Origin: an uncultured virus (IMG/VR IMGVR_UViG_3300022752_006411)
Taxonomy: Duplodnaviria > Heunggongvirae > Uroviricota > Caudoviricetes
Strand: one strand, 5' to 3'
DNA: 64,000 nucleotides
Virus record (IMG/VR): IMGVR_UViG_3300022752_006411
Shown: piece after piece, positions 38,482 through 47,742 of the stretch
Position numbering within the stretch: position 1 is the first letter of the stretch
Layout of the letters: every line of letters begins with the position of its first letter
Position numbers and translations under genes: made by a program
The notes under the pieces: generated by a model
What the model was told of the DNA's origin: nothing
What the model saw: only the letters and a program-made list of their open reading frames with translations
Databases searched by the model: none

Positions 38482-39767
38482 TTTTTGAACCAATCCGGTC
38501 TGAGTTTGCGAATGGTTTTAGAAAATTCAGGATCGTAAGTTCCAGAGTATTTTCCAACATAGTTACACAAGCAACTTCCTAGAGAAGAACTATAAGGTCT
38601 TTTTGCTCCGCTTTTTGCAATTTTTAATAATTCTTTCTTTTTGGCATTGGCAATCTCAGATCGACTAACAAACCAATCCGGCCTAAGTTTTTTTAAAGTC
38701 TTTTTAAATTCACAATTGCTAGGTCTTCTTATGTAGGAATAAAAAAGAATTCCCATTTTTGTTTTTTGATTTGGCCTGCTGGCTCCACTCTTGGCAAGTT
38801 CCAATAGTTTTTCTCTGTTGATTTGAGCCTTAGTTACAAACCAATCTGGCCTTAATCTTTTGATTTCCTTAGTAAAGGAATCATTTAGCATTCTTTTCTT
38901 TGTTGTTCTTTCTCCAAGAAACTTACCCAAATCTGTGTTGTATTTTGGTCTTGGCTTGCCGCTTTTTGCCAATTCTAGCAATTTATTCTTTTTCATATTA
39001 GCCCTTTCGGTCTGAGGAACAAACCAATCTGGCCTTATTTCTCTTATTTTTTTGGCGAACTCAGGATCATAAGAGCCTCTTTGACTTTTGTTTGTATAAG
39101 TTCCTAAAGAAGCCCCTAAAGGATGGCCTCCTTTATTTGGCCTAGACTCTCCATTTTTTGCCATATCCAATAACTTCTCTTTTTTTTGCTGCACTATGTC
39201 GTATTGAGTAACAAACCAATCGGGCCTGATTCTTTTTATATTTTGAGTAAAACCCTTATCGTAGCAATCAGAATTTATGTAGGTGTAACTGTAGAGTTTG
39301 CTTCCAATAGATGTCTTAATATTTGGCTTTTTATCACCCTTTTTTGCAATATCAATTAGTAATTTTTTACTTTCTTCAATAGAAACTTTCATTCCCAAAA
39401 AGTCATACCAACTGCTCCAATCTTTTTTATAAAAAATATCTGGGCAGCGGGGCCAGTTGTGCTTAATATTTTTTTTATATTGTTTCTTTGAAAGAAATTT
39501 AAAGGCCACAACTTGTTTTTTGCAATCTTCAAAAGAAAGAAACTTAGGCTCCTTCTTGCCTAAAAAATCATACCAGCCACTCCAATGTGGCTTATAAAGC
39601 CTATCTGGATCGCTGGGCCAGTTGGGCTTTTTATTTTTTCTATACTCTTTGATGCTTTTGAATTTGTATTTTCTAACTTGTTCTCTACATTCCTTAAAAG
39701 AAAGAAATTTGCCAAATTCAAATAATTTACATAGCGACTTGTAACTTGTTATTATGCTGCTTATCAT
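38478..39767 (-). CDS. RPDWF-repeat protein A (2 integrase-repeat-like units plus 5 RPDWF repeats)
   Basis: Starts MISSIITSYKSLCKLFEFGK; WPxxPDxxYKxxWxxWYDFLG x2. Confidence 0.85.
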   Translation of the reverse strand: MISSIITSYKSLCKLFEFGKFLSFKECREQVRKYKFKSIKEYRKNKKPNWPSDPDRLYKPHWSGWYDFLGKKEPKFLSFEDCKKQVVAFKFLSKKQYKKNIKHNWPRCPDIFYKKDWSSWYDFLGMKVSIEESKKLLIDIAKKGDKKPNIKTSIGSKLYSYTYINSDCYDKGFTQNIKRIRPDWFVTQYDIVQQKKEKLLDMAKNGESRPNKGGHPLGASLGTYTNKSQRGSYDPEFAKKIREIRPDWFVPQTERANMKKNKLLELAKSGKPRPKYNTDLGKFLGERTTKKRMLNDSFTKEIKRLRPDWFVTKAQINREKLLELAKSGASRPNQKTKMGILFYSYIRRPSNCEFKKTLKKLRPDWFVSRSEIANAKKKELLKIAKSGAKRPYSSSLGSCLCNYVGKYSGTYDPEFSKTIRKLRPDWFKK

Positions 39768-39775
39768 TTTAACAC

Positions 39776-41992
39776 CTACGCTGCGTAATCTATTGCAATT
39801 TTATTTGTTATCTTTGAATTTTTTGTAAAGAACGCATACCCAGAAGGAAGCAATTTGTTGAAAAAAGCGACCTTTCTATTTAGTTCAACTAAGGAAATGT
39901 CAAGTCTTTCTGCAACATCCTTTTTACTTGGAGTGCTCGCATTATTTTTCTCAGCAACTTCGTTGTAGCACTTGTGAAAATTTGCAAGATCCCCAACAGT
40001 TTTTCTAATAATTTTTTCGTGGCTTTTATTGTTTTCTTGAATACTAAATCCGACTTCTATAGGTAAAAATTTTCTAATATTATTTGCAATTTCCATTTGC
40101 TGGCTCTTGTTCCAGAATATGTTGCCAACTATTTCTTTGAATTTAGCAAACTCTCTTTTGCCTAAATTGCCGCACCAAAAATTACCTCCAAGTCCATAAT
40201 TTTCAACAAGAATATCAAATCCATTTTTTCTAATTTCAGCAACATCAATATTTTTTTGTCTCAAAGCCTCTGATCTGGCTTTCAACAAGAATATCTTAAG
40301 TCCAGCAATTATATTGTCTTTTTCTGTTAACTTTATTCCCTTGCTGGTTTCTACTTTTACTACGTCTTCAAATTCATAAGAAGTGATAACCGTATTGATG
40401 ATTCTATTTACAGTCTCCTCGTCAAAAGAAGATTCTACGGACAAAGAATCTATCATTTCTTTTTTTATCTTCTCAAAATCATCGCCAAAAACATCGGCAA
40501 GTCTAATTCCTTCTGATTTAGTTTTTTTAGAAGACTTGGATGCAGGTCTTTTGTCAGAAGAACACTTGGGCAGTTCTGGCAGTATAATTGGACACAACAA
40601 GTCATCAATTATCATCAAACTAAGCATGGCATTTACTCTGTCCATTAAAAATTCTCTTTTAGACAGAGAATCTAATAGACCTTTGAATTTTTTAATATAA
40701 TAAATTATACCAACAGTTTCTTTCTGTTCAAATTTTCTAAACAATCTGCCCAAAGTCTGCACTGCCAATGTAGGCGAGCCTAATTCAATAGAAGCGTTAT
40801 GAAGCCTGCTGCAAGGACACCAATCAGTTCCTTCCCTGCCAAGCATACAGGTTATTACAATTCTAATTTTAGAATTGTTTTCTTCGTCGTATCTCTCTTT
40901 TGGTTCTTTAAGTAAGATTGATTTATTTTTATCTTGAGTACTTTCTGGCACTAAGTCCAAGATTGTTTCATCGGGATTCAAACCTTCTTCTTCGACCATT
41001 CTACTCAATTTTCTCATTAATTTTTCCAGCGTTGGGTCTTGATTTTTTCTCCATTTTCCAACAACTGTAGGTACAACAACCAAATGACGCTCTGATCGTA
41101 GTTCTTTTCTTATATTCTCGACAATTTGATGTATGGGATCGTCGTCATATTCTTCAAAATTAATAAATACCTCTTCAATTCCTAAAGTTTCAAAATGCTT
41201 TAAGAATTCAAGTTCGTACCTATCAAACTTATCTAAATACTCACTTTTTACAATAATTCCTTGATCGCCTCTAAAAAATGTGGCTGTTGTCAAACCAACC
41301 CTACTATTGTTCTTGTCGGCCTTATCAATAATTTTGTATAAAACTTCGCCTAACTGGTTGTAGTCTTTAATTACTTCATCTTCTTTGGCATCAATTTCTC
41401 CACCCTTAATATGATGGGCTTCATCAACATAAAAAGCAGTATTCTTTACTGCTAAGTCAAACTTTCCATCCGCAATAATTCTTCTCATTGCAGTATTAAA
41501 TGCTTGGTGTGTGCAAACCACCATGCCTTGAGAGCCGTCTACAACATATTCATCTTCATGCTTGAAATCAGAAAAATTTGCTTTTCTAAGCATGAAGTTT
41601 ATCAACATATCAACTTTACTAGGAGAATTTTCGCAAAAATTATTAGCAGAACATAAGTTCACAGTTCCCAAGTTAGGAACACAAAATTTTCCGCTAATTG
41701 CAAATCCATCGCCAATATGCGATTGAGGAACAATAAAGATTGTTTTTCTAGAATTTTTAATTGTATCGTAAAGAGCCAAGACTATAGAAAGAGTAGTTTT
41801 TCCACTGCCACAAAAAGCTTTTATTAGAAATAAATTAGAATTATAAAGTTTTTCAAAAGCTTTAGTTTGCCAGTATCTTAGAATTCTTTCTGTAACTGGT
41901 CGCTTTGTTCTCTTGAGCTTAACGGACTTTGATTTCTCTGGTCTTTTGCCAAGCCTTCTAGAAGGAAACTTGTAAGATGTGTGACTAAACAT
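39776..41992 (-). CDS. superfamily 2 (DEAH-type, ResIII-like) helicase with C-terminal HTH-like segment
   Basis: LRYWQ, GSGKT, DEAHH, TAT, EGTDW, QTLGRLFR; PSKKDVAERLDIS. Confidence 0.9.
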   Translation of the reverse strand: MFSHTSYKFPSRRLGKRPEKSKSVKLKRTKRPVTERILRYWQTKAFEKLYNSNLFLIKAFCGSGKTTLSIVLALYDTIKNSRKTIFIVPQSHIGDGFAISGKFCVPNLGTVNLCSANNFCENSPSKVDMLINFMLRKANFSDFKHEDEYVVDGSQGMVVCTHQAFNTAMRRIIADGKFDLAVKNTAFYVDEAHHIKGGEIDAKEDEVIKDYNQLGEVLYKIIDKADKNNSRVGLTTATFFRGDQGIIVKSEYLDKFDRYELEFLKHFETLGIEEVFINFEEYDDDPIHQIVENIRKELRSERHLVVVPTVVGKWRKNQDPTLEKLMRKLSRMVEEEGLNPDETILDLVPESTQDKNKSILLKEPKERYDEENNSKIRIVITCMLGREGTDWCPCSRLHNASIELGSPTLAVQTLGRLFRKFEQKETVGIIYYIKKFKGLLDSLSKREFLMDRVNAMLSLMIIDDLLCPIILPELPKCSSDKRPASKSSKKTKSEGIRLADVFGDDFEKIKKEMIDSLSVESSFDEETVNRIINTVITSYEFEDVVKVETSKGIKLTEKDNIIAGLKIFLLKARSEALRQKNIDVAEIRKNGFDILVENYGLGGNFWCGNLGKREFAKFKEIVGNIFWNKSQQMEIANNIRKFLPIEVGFSIQENNKSHEKIIRKTVGDLANFHKCYNEVAEKNNASTPSKKDVAERLDISLVELNRKVAFFNKLLPSGYAFFTKNSKITNKIAIDYAA

Positions 41993-42009
41993 AGAGTTCG
42001 ATTCCCTTC

Positions 42010-42762
42010 TTATAATGATGTTTCTTCAAAATCATCACACCAAATTTCAAAATCAGCAAATAACTTATCTAATTTGTGTTCCGGCGGAAGAAAGCCCTTG
42101 TAGAAGATATAACTCTTCATAAGGGTCTTGGCGGTTTGATATCCATAACTTGGAATTACAATATCAGAATTTTCAATCTCTTTCCAAGACTTTGTTTCTT
42201 TGCTTTTGTTCCAATCTTTGTATTTCGCCGGTATCTCTTTGTACAAAAGGCCTTCCAACAAAACTGTAGTGTCTAAGAACTCTCCAAGTCCCGATCTTGG
42301 ATTTGTTTCCATAACATTACAAATAACTAAAGTATCTTGAACACAAGCGTCCAATGTGTTTTTTAAAGTCTTTAAGGCCGGTAACTTATCTCCAAAATGA
42401 GTCGAATCTAAATAAACCAGTGCGGGATCGAATTGTCTAGTTGATAAAAGAACATTCCAATCTCCATCGTGCCATAAAGCGTTTGGATGATTTTTTTTAT
42501 TGGCCTTAATGTAAGTTTTGCTATTGTCTATTCCAACAAATTGATAGGGACTAAGCAAATCAGCAATAACCATTTGGTTAATTTCGCTACTAGGGCTTTT
42601 ATCTTGAATGTTGGCAAGAGTAAGATATTGTTTATTATCTGGTATCCTCTTGTTTCCAGTTATCAATCTATACAGCCTAATATTCAATTCTCTAGCCATA
42701 AACTTATGGATAGATTCAGAATATTTTGGCTGATGAGATACTGTCATGTTTGCCATGAGCAT
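42010..42762 (-). CDS. divergent SAM-dependent methyltransferase-fold protein
   Basis: YLTLA, FVGID, GDW and LVYLD spaced like class I MTase strands. Confidence 0.5.
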   Translation of the reverse strand: MLMANMTVSHQPKYSESIHKFMARELNIRLYRLITGNKRIPDNKQYLTLANIQDKSPSSEINQMVIADLLSPYQFVGIDNSKTYIKANKKNHPNALWHDGDWNVLLSTRQFDPALVYLDSTHFGDKLPALKTLKNTLDACVQDTLVICNVMETNPRSGLGEFLDTTVLLEGLLYKEIPAKYKDWNKSKETKSWKEIENSDIVIPSYGYQTAKTLMKSYIFYKGFLPPEHKLDKLFADFEIWCDDFEETSL

Positions 42763-42784
42763 CCCTGCTCTTTCTATGGTTTAG

Positions 42785-42973
42785 TCAGTCACTCTTTTTA
42801 CGCTTAGTTGCCGCCGCTCTCACACCGGCAATAACTCTATCCGGCGTAGATCTAATTTCTAAAGCCCTCGTAACGGCATAAGTTTTAAGAGCTCGGGTCG
42901 CATTCGCTTTGTGGGCAGGGGTTTTTGCATTCAAAATTCTGCCTACAACTTCATTCAAAGTATAAATTTTCAT
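42785..42973 (-). CDS. small basic protein at the head of the helicase operon
   Basis: AAGGAG Shine-Dalgarno; MKIYTLNEVVGRIL... Confidence 0.7.
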   Translation of the reverse strand: MKIYTLNEVVGRILNAKTPAHKANATRALKTYAVTRALEIRSTPDRVIAGVRAAATKRKKSD

Positions 42974-43047
42974 GGCTTCTCCTTTTTTTGTTGCCGGTTC
43001 ATCCCACAAAGACTATAGATTCACAACAATAGAATGTAAAGCGTAAT

Positions 43048-43722
43048 TTAATTTTTATTTATTAGTTCTTTTATATTCGCTACAGTCATAGAGTCATCAA
43101 ACATTTCTAACATATTCCTAAATACCACTTCTAACTTTTTAACATAAGTAAAATATTCTTCAACTACGCACTTGGCATCATAAGAATAAGGCTCCAGATC
43201 AGACATCCCAAAAACAATCATTCTGTTGTGAAGTTCTTCTGGAAGTTTTCTATTTATAATTGCTGCGTACTGCATTAAATAAAGGGGCTCTTTTTTAAAT
43301 TCTTCTTCTGCCTCTTCCCATCTTTCTTTGGGCAAAAAGCGCTCCATATATTTTAATGCTATTTTTGGATCTTTTGCAATAAAACCTTCTGCTTCTTTCC
43401 ATCTTGCCCCCAGCACAGATGTGGCATACTTCAAGGCAAAAAAGGGTTCTTGCATAATGTTTGATTCTGCTTCCTCCCACCTTTTTTTAAGAACACTAAT
43501 CGCATAGTCTGTGGCAGCAGAAGCGTTTTGTAAAATCACTTTTTCTGCTTCTGGCCATCTGCTCATTAAGAAGGAGTTCGCGTAAACAAAACAACACTTT
43601 GGATTTTCCAGTATTAGAGCCTCAAGCTCAGGCACTCTTCTTTTCTTTCTAAGTCTTTGAGCCGCCCTCAATGCGGCAATTGGAGTTTTAATTCCTTTTT
43701 CTTTTAGATTATATCTAGCCAT
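43048..43722 (-). CDS. KGRWPEAE-type repeat protein
   Basis: 4-5 repeats; LPEELHNRMI. Confidence 0.85.
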   Translation of the reverse strand: MARYNLKEKGIKTPIAALRAAQRLRKKRRVPELEALILENPKCCFVYANSFLMSRWPEAEKVILQNASAATDYAISVLKKRWEEAESNIMQEPFFALKYATSVLGARWKEAEGFIAKDPKIALKYMERFLPKERWEEAEEEFKKEPLYLMQYAAIINRKLPEELHNRMIVFGMSDLEPYSYDAKCVVEEYFTYVKKLEVVFRNMLEMFDDSMTVANIKELINKN

Positions 43723-43764
43723 ATTAATCCCTTTAAAATCGCATCAGAATTATAATAGACCAAC

Positions 43765-44370
43765 TTAGTTTTGTTTTATAAAACTAAAGTACTTTTTTAC
43801 AAATTTATCATTTGGATTTTCAATTGCAAAAGATAGCATTTTATTATGTAGATTTTCCGGGAGTTTGTCTTTTATCACATTTTGTGCATAATAGAATAAA
43901 AATTCTATATTTTTTGAAATCTCTTTTTCTCCAAGTTCAAATCTTTCTCTTAAAATCATTTCTGCGTATTTATAGGCGTGGTAATAATCTTTTGCAATAC
44001 AAGATTCTGCTTCTGGCCATCTATTTCCTAGAATGTCTCGGGCATAATAGTATGCATATTGCGGATCTTTAGAAATAAGCTTTTCTGCTTCTAAAAATCT
44101 GCCTTTTAGTATCGTCAAGGCGTATCTCAAAGAATATTCGCAATCTTTTGAAATTACATGCTCTGCTTCTGGCCATCTTTCTTTTATGATATTGAGTGCA
44201 TATTCATATGCCCATCTAGAATCAGACAGCACCATTTTCTCGCCAGCGAAAAATCTTTTATTTGTATTTTTTGCATAAGTGTAGCAAGACTCAGGACTCC
44301 TTAGAGCCAATTTCAATGTTTGTTTTTCGATTCCTTCCGAATTTAAAATTGAATTATTTTTTTTATTCAT
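43765..44370 (-). CDS. KGRWPEAE-type repeat protein
   Basis: 5-6 repeats; LPENLHNKML. Confidence 0.85.
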   Translation of the reverse strand: MNKKNNSILNSEGIEKQTLKLALRSPESCYTYAKNTNKRFFAGEKMVLSDSRWAYEYALNIIKERWPEAEHVISKDCEYSLRYALTILKGRFLEAEKLISKDPQYAYYYARDILGNRWPEAESCIAKDYYHAYKYAEMILRERFELGEKEISKNIEFLFYYAQNVIKDKLPENLHNKMLSFAIENPNDKFVKKYFSFIKQN

Positions 44371-45058
44371 TTTTAAAATTCTTGACAATTTCGGTTATTT
44401 TTTTATTTTTACTAAATCTTTTTAGTATGTTGTATACAATTTGATCACACTCCGATAATTCTTCTAATTTTTTATACTCTAAGTATTCCACTTCTACAGT
44501 AAGGCTGTTCGGGCATCCTTCGTATCTCACAATAAATATATCTTCAAATTCTTTGCATAATTTAAAATATTTGGATGCGCTTTTCTGATTTGTTGGATTT
44601 TTAATAGCTTCGGCAATTATCATGTTATGAATTTTTTCTGGAAACTTTCGCTTTGATATGTTTTTTGCGTATAAGTAAGCATAGGCTAAATCTTTTATAA
44701 AAATTATCTCTAGATAATCCGGTATTCTTCCTGTTATTTCTCCGTATTCATAAAGACTTTCTGGGTTGGATATTAATCTTTCTATTTTTTTAGGCAAATC
44801 AATGTCTAAGGCATACAAATGCCCAGCATATCTAACAATAAAATCTTGTTTGATTTCATAAGAAACATCATCGCACTTTACAATGGCACTTTCTACGTTT
44901 TTTGGAAGTCTAGACCCCAATAAAGAAGCGTAATCCAAAGCGGCATCAAAGCTTTTCCCAAAAACTTTTTCGTATTTTTTAGGAAAAGCTTTCATCGCCT
45001 TTGCGTATTTTAAAGCCTCAACAGGATCAGTTGCTATTTTAGGCAATTCTTTAGTCAT
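44363..45058 (-). CDS. divergent repeat/LPExxHN-cap protein
   Basis: DPVEALKYA, RLP units; FPEKIHNMII. Confidence 0.75.
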   Translation of the reverse strand: MTKELPKIATDPVEALKYAKAMKAFPKKYEKVFGKSFDAALDYASLLGSRLPKNVESAIVKCDDVSYEIKQDFIVRYAGHLYALDIDLPKKIERLISNPESLYEYGEITGRIPDYLEIIFIKDLAYAYLYAKNISKRKFPEKIHNMIIAEAIKNPTNQKSASKYFKLCKEFEDIFIVRYEGCPNSLTVEVEYLEYKKLEELSECDQIVYNILKRFSKNKKITEIVKNFKNE

Positions 45059-45061
45059 AAT

Positions 45062-45706
45062 TTACTTCAATTTTTCAAAATACATTTTTAACCAATAATT
45101 GTTAGGCTTTTCTGCATATTTCATAATCAAATAATTGTGCAATGCATCTGGGAGTTTGCCCTTTATTTTTGAAAGAGCATACTGGACAACAAATTCACCC
45201 TTCTTGTCTTTCAAGAAGACTTTTTCTTGTTCTTCTGTTAGGTCAATTTCAAACGCGCGGCAATAATCGACTAGATACCTGTAATTTTTCATAACCTTAG
45301 TTTCCAACGAAATAGGCAGACGCTTGTTGGAAACATTTATCGCGTAAACGCAAGCGAACTTTGAAGACCCAGAAAATATAAATTCTTCTAGAGTATTTCC
45401 AAGAACAACACCAGTGAATCTACAATGCTTATATGCTTCTTCGGCAGATTCAAAATGAGTTATTGGAACTTCATCCTGCCAACTCATTCTGTAGCAGCAT
45501 TCTCCCAACGCAGAATTACTTGTGTATTTAATGCGTAATTCTATTAGGTCTTCGGACTTGGAGTACGAATCCAAATAAACTCTTGTGTTTTTGGCGAGTT
45601 CAAAATTACTATCGCCCTTGGATACATATATGTTTTTATACAGAATCAATGGCTTTCTTTTGCTAAATTTTTCGCAAAAGGCCAGATAATTTATTGTTGG
45701 ATTCAT
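45062..45706 (-). CDS. divergent repeat/LPExxHN-cap protein
   Basis: LPDALHNYLI. Confidence 0.75.
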   Translation of the reverse strand: MNPTINYLAFCEKFSKRKPLILYKNIYVSKGDSNFELAKNTRVYLDSYSKSEDLIELRIKYTSNSALGECCYRMSWQDEVPITHFESAEEAYKHCRFTGVVLGNTLEEFIFSGSSKFACVYAINVSNKRLPISLETKVMKNYRYLVDYCRAFEIDLTEEQEKVFLKDKKGEFVVQYALSKIKGKLPDALHNYLIMKYAEKPNNYWLKMYFEKLK

Positions 45707-45750
45707 ATTTATCTCCTATACGATGGAGATAAGATCCAAAAGACAGACTG

Positions 45751-46383
45751 TTACAGTTGATCTATAACTTCTTTTATTGTTGATTTCTCGCCATAAAAAA
45801 CCGCTATCTTAGCCAACTGTTTTTTAATGATTTTCAGGTAATTAAAATAACTTTTGAAGACCAGTTCATCTTTTTTATTTAGATAATTAGCTAAAATGAA
45901 ATTATGCATTTCTTCTGGGAGTCTGCATCCTATTGCATGAGCGTATTCGACCAAAGAGCCAAATTTTTTATTTTCAAAAGCATCTTGCAATAATTTTTTT
46001 TCATATTTTTCATCTAATCTTTTATCTGTTGCTGCGGCATATAGCACAAGAGTGTTTGCGTGTAAATTTTCTAAAAAATTTTCTTCTAGGCTTTTAGAGA
46101 AACAACAATTATATTGTTTAATATATCTTATAAAAGAATCCAAATAGTTTCTTTGATTAGTGGGAGATAAACTCTTAATATTTGGATCGCAATATTCTTT
46201 GAATATTAATTTTTCTGTCTCGGGGAACAGTCTTTGAAATTTTAAATTAAGTGAATAATCAATCGCTATTTTTGAGTTTTTAATAAAAACTTTTTCGTGT
46301 TCTTCACTTAGAATTATTCTTTTTCTTCTTGCATATTTATAAGCATAAAAGGGGTCTGTTTTATATTTTGGTAGTTTGGGCAT
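45751..46383 (-). CDS. divergent repeat/LPExxHN-cap protein
   Basis: DPFYAYKYA; LPEEMHNFIL; TIKEVIDQL. Confidence 0.75.
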   Translation of the reverse strand: MPKLPKYKTDPFYAYKYARRKRIILSEEHEKVFIKNSKIAIDYSLNLKFQRLFPETEKLIFKEYCDPNIKSLSPTNQRNYLDSFIRYIKQYNCCFSKSLEENFLENLHANTLVLYAAATDKRLDEKYEKKLLQDAFENKKFGSLVEYAHAIGCRLPEEMHNFILANYLNKKDELVFKSYFNYLKIIKKQLAKIAVFYGEKSTIKEVIDQL

Positions 46384-46600
46384 CTGTAATTCTTTGGGCG
46401 TTGTTGTCAAAAACCTGAGATACCTTACTTAAGGAAATTGTTAAAATATAAGATTCGGCCTCTTCTTTTGATTTAATATTATTTTCTATGAGTTTAGATA
46501 TCTCACGGATAATTTTGTCTTGTGAAATTGGATTTGATAAAGAGAAACAAATCATAAAACTCCTTATAAAATATTTAAAATAATTATACTAAAATATCTT

Positions 46601-47329
46601 ATGCTAGTCAACTGTGATTGTATTAAATATTTAAAAAAAATCAAAACAAATTCTATAGATTTAATTTTAACAGACCCTCCTTATTTCATAGGCTTTGATG
46701 GAGGAAAAGGATGGGACTCCAAGTGGAAAAATGAAAAAGAATATCTAGATTGGTGTAGAATATGGACTACAGAGTGTTTTAGAGTATTAAAAAATAATAG
46801 AATTTTTGCTGTATTTGGGACACTAAAAACAGATACTTTTCTAAGGTATAAATTAGAAATATTAAATAACATAAATAATTTTTTCAGTCAAAATGAAATT
46901 ATTTGGTCTTATAATTGGGGCGGAAGATCGAAAGAAAATTTCGCAAGAAAACATGAATATATTTGGTGCTATTCTAAGGGAAAAAAGTTCTTATTTAATT
47001 CAGACGAAATAAGAATTGAAAGAAAGCAAAAAATAAACATACGAACAGGAGAAGAATTTGAAAAAGGAACGATTCCAACTTGCGTATGGGAAAAAAATAA
47101 CCACACTTGTAGTAAAGAGTATATAAATTGGCACCCAACACAAAAGCCCCTTTCTATTTTAGAAAGAATTATAAAAGCATATACAAACAAAAATGGAAAG
47201 GTTTTAGACATTTTTAGCGGCTCTGGGTCTACTATGATTGCTTGCAAAAACACGGACAGAGAGTTCTGTGGGTGCGAACTTTCAAAAGAATATTATAAAA
47301 AATCATTGAAAAGACTAGCAGATTACTGA
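46601..47329 (+). CDS. orphan N6-adenine/N4-cytosine DNA methyltransferase (beta class)
   Basis: TDPPY precedes HPTQKP and DIFSGSGST. Confidence 0.92.
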   Translation: MLVNCDCIKYLKKIKTNSIDLILTDPPYFIGFDGGKGWDSKWKNEKEYLDWCRIWTTECFRVLKNNRIFAVFGTLKTDTFLRYKLEILNNINNFFSQNEIIWSYNWGGRSKENFARKHEYIWCYSKGKKFLFNSDEIRIERKQKINIRTGEEFEKGTIPTCVWEKNNHTCSKEYINWHPTQKPLSILERIIKAYTNKNGKVLDIFSGSGSTMIACKNTDREFCGCELSKEYYKKSLKRLADY

Positions 47330-47742
47330 TTTTCTTTTAATGGCAAAATTATTGCTTTTTCTAAACCTTTTTGATTTACAGAAAAAGTGAAATTGTTATC
47401 TTCAAATGCGCAATCTAAGTAATCTTCTAAAACCATTTTTCTCAAGGCGTTACTTAGCACTCTCGCGTTTATTGCTTCGCAAATCTTAATCATTTCCTCT
47501 CTAGAAATCTCTACCTTATCGCCAATTATTTCGGCTATTATTAGTTTAGACTCAGGAAAAGAAATAAAAGAATCAATTTTTTTCAAAACTGTTTCTTCGT
47601 CTTCTGCTACTATTTTACCAACAGGATCTTTAAATTTATTGAATACAAATGTTCTTATTGTTTCTACAAATTGATCTATATCTGTTATTTTATGCATGAA
47701 CATAGATTTACTCTTTTTTTTATACATCTCGTTCGCCTTCAT
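47323..47742 (-). CDS. hypothetical protein
   Basis: 139-aa ORF. Confidence 0.6.
   Translation of the reverse strand: MKANEMYKKKSKSMFMHKITDIDQFVETIRTFVFNKFKDPVGKIVAEDEETVLKKIDSFISFPESKLIIAEIIGDKVEISREEMIKICEAINARVLSNALRKMVLEDYLDCAFEDNNFTFSVNQKGLEKAIILPLKENQ

Noticed and set aside
38478..39767. Integrase or mobile element implied by integrase-repeat-like units
   Set aside because: No tyrosine or serine recombinase catalytic domain, transposase, terminal repeats or att-like sites are visible
5308..46383. Repeat-protein family as diversity-generating retroelement targets
   Set aside because: No reverse transcriptase is present, and I saw no template/variable repeat pair differing only at adenines
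46601..47329. DNA methyltransferase as part of a restriction-modification system
   Set aside because: No adjacent endonuclease; it is a lone counter-oriented gene, typical of orphan phage MTases
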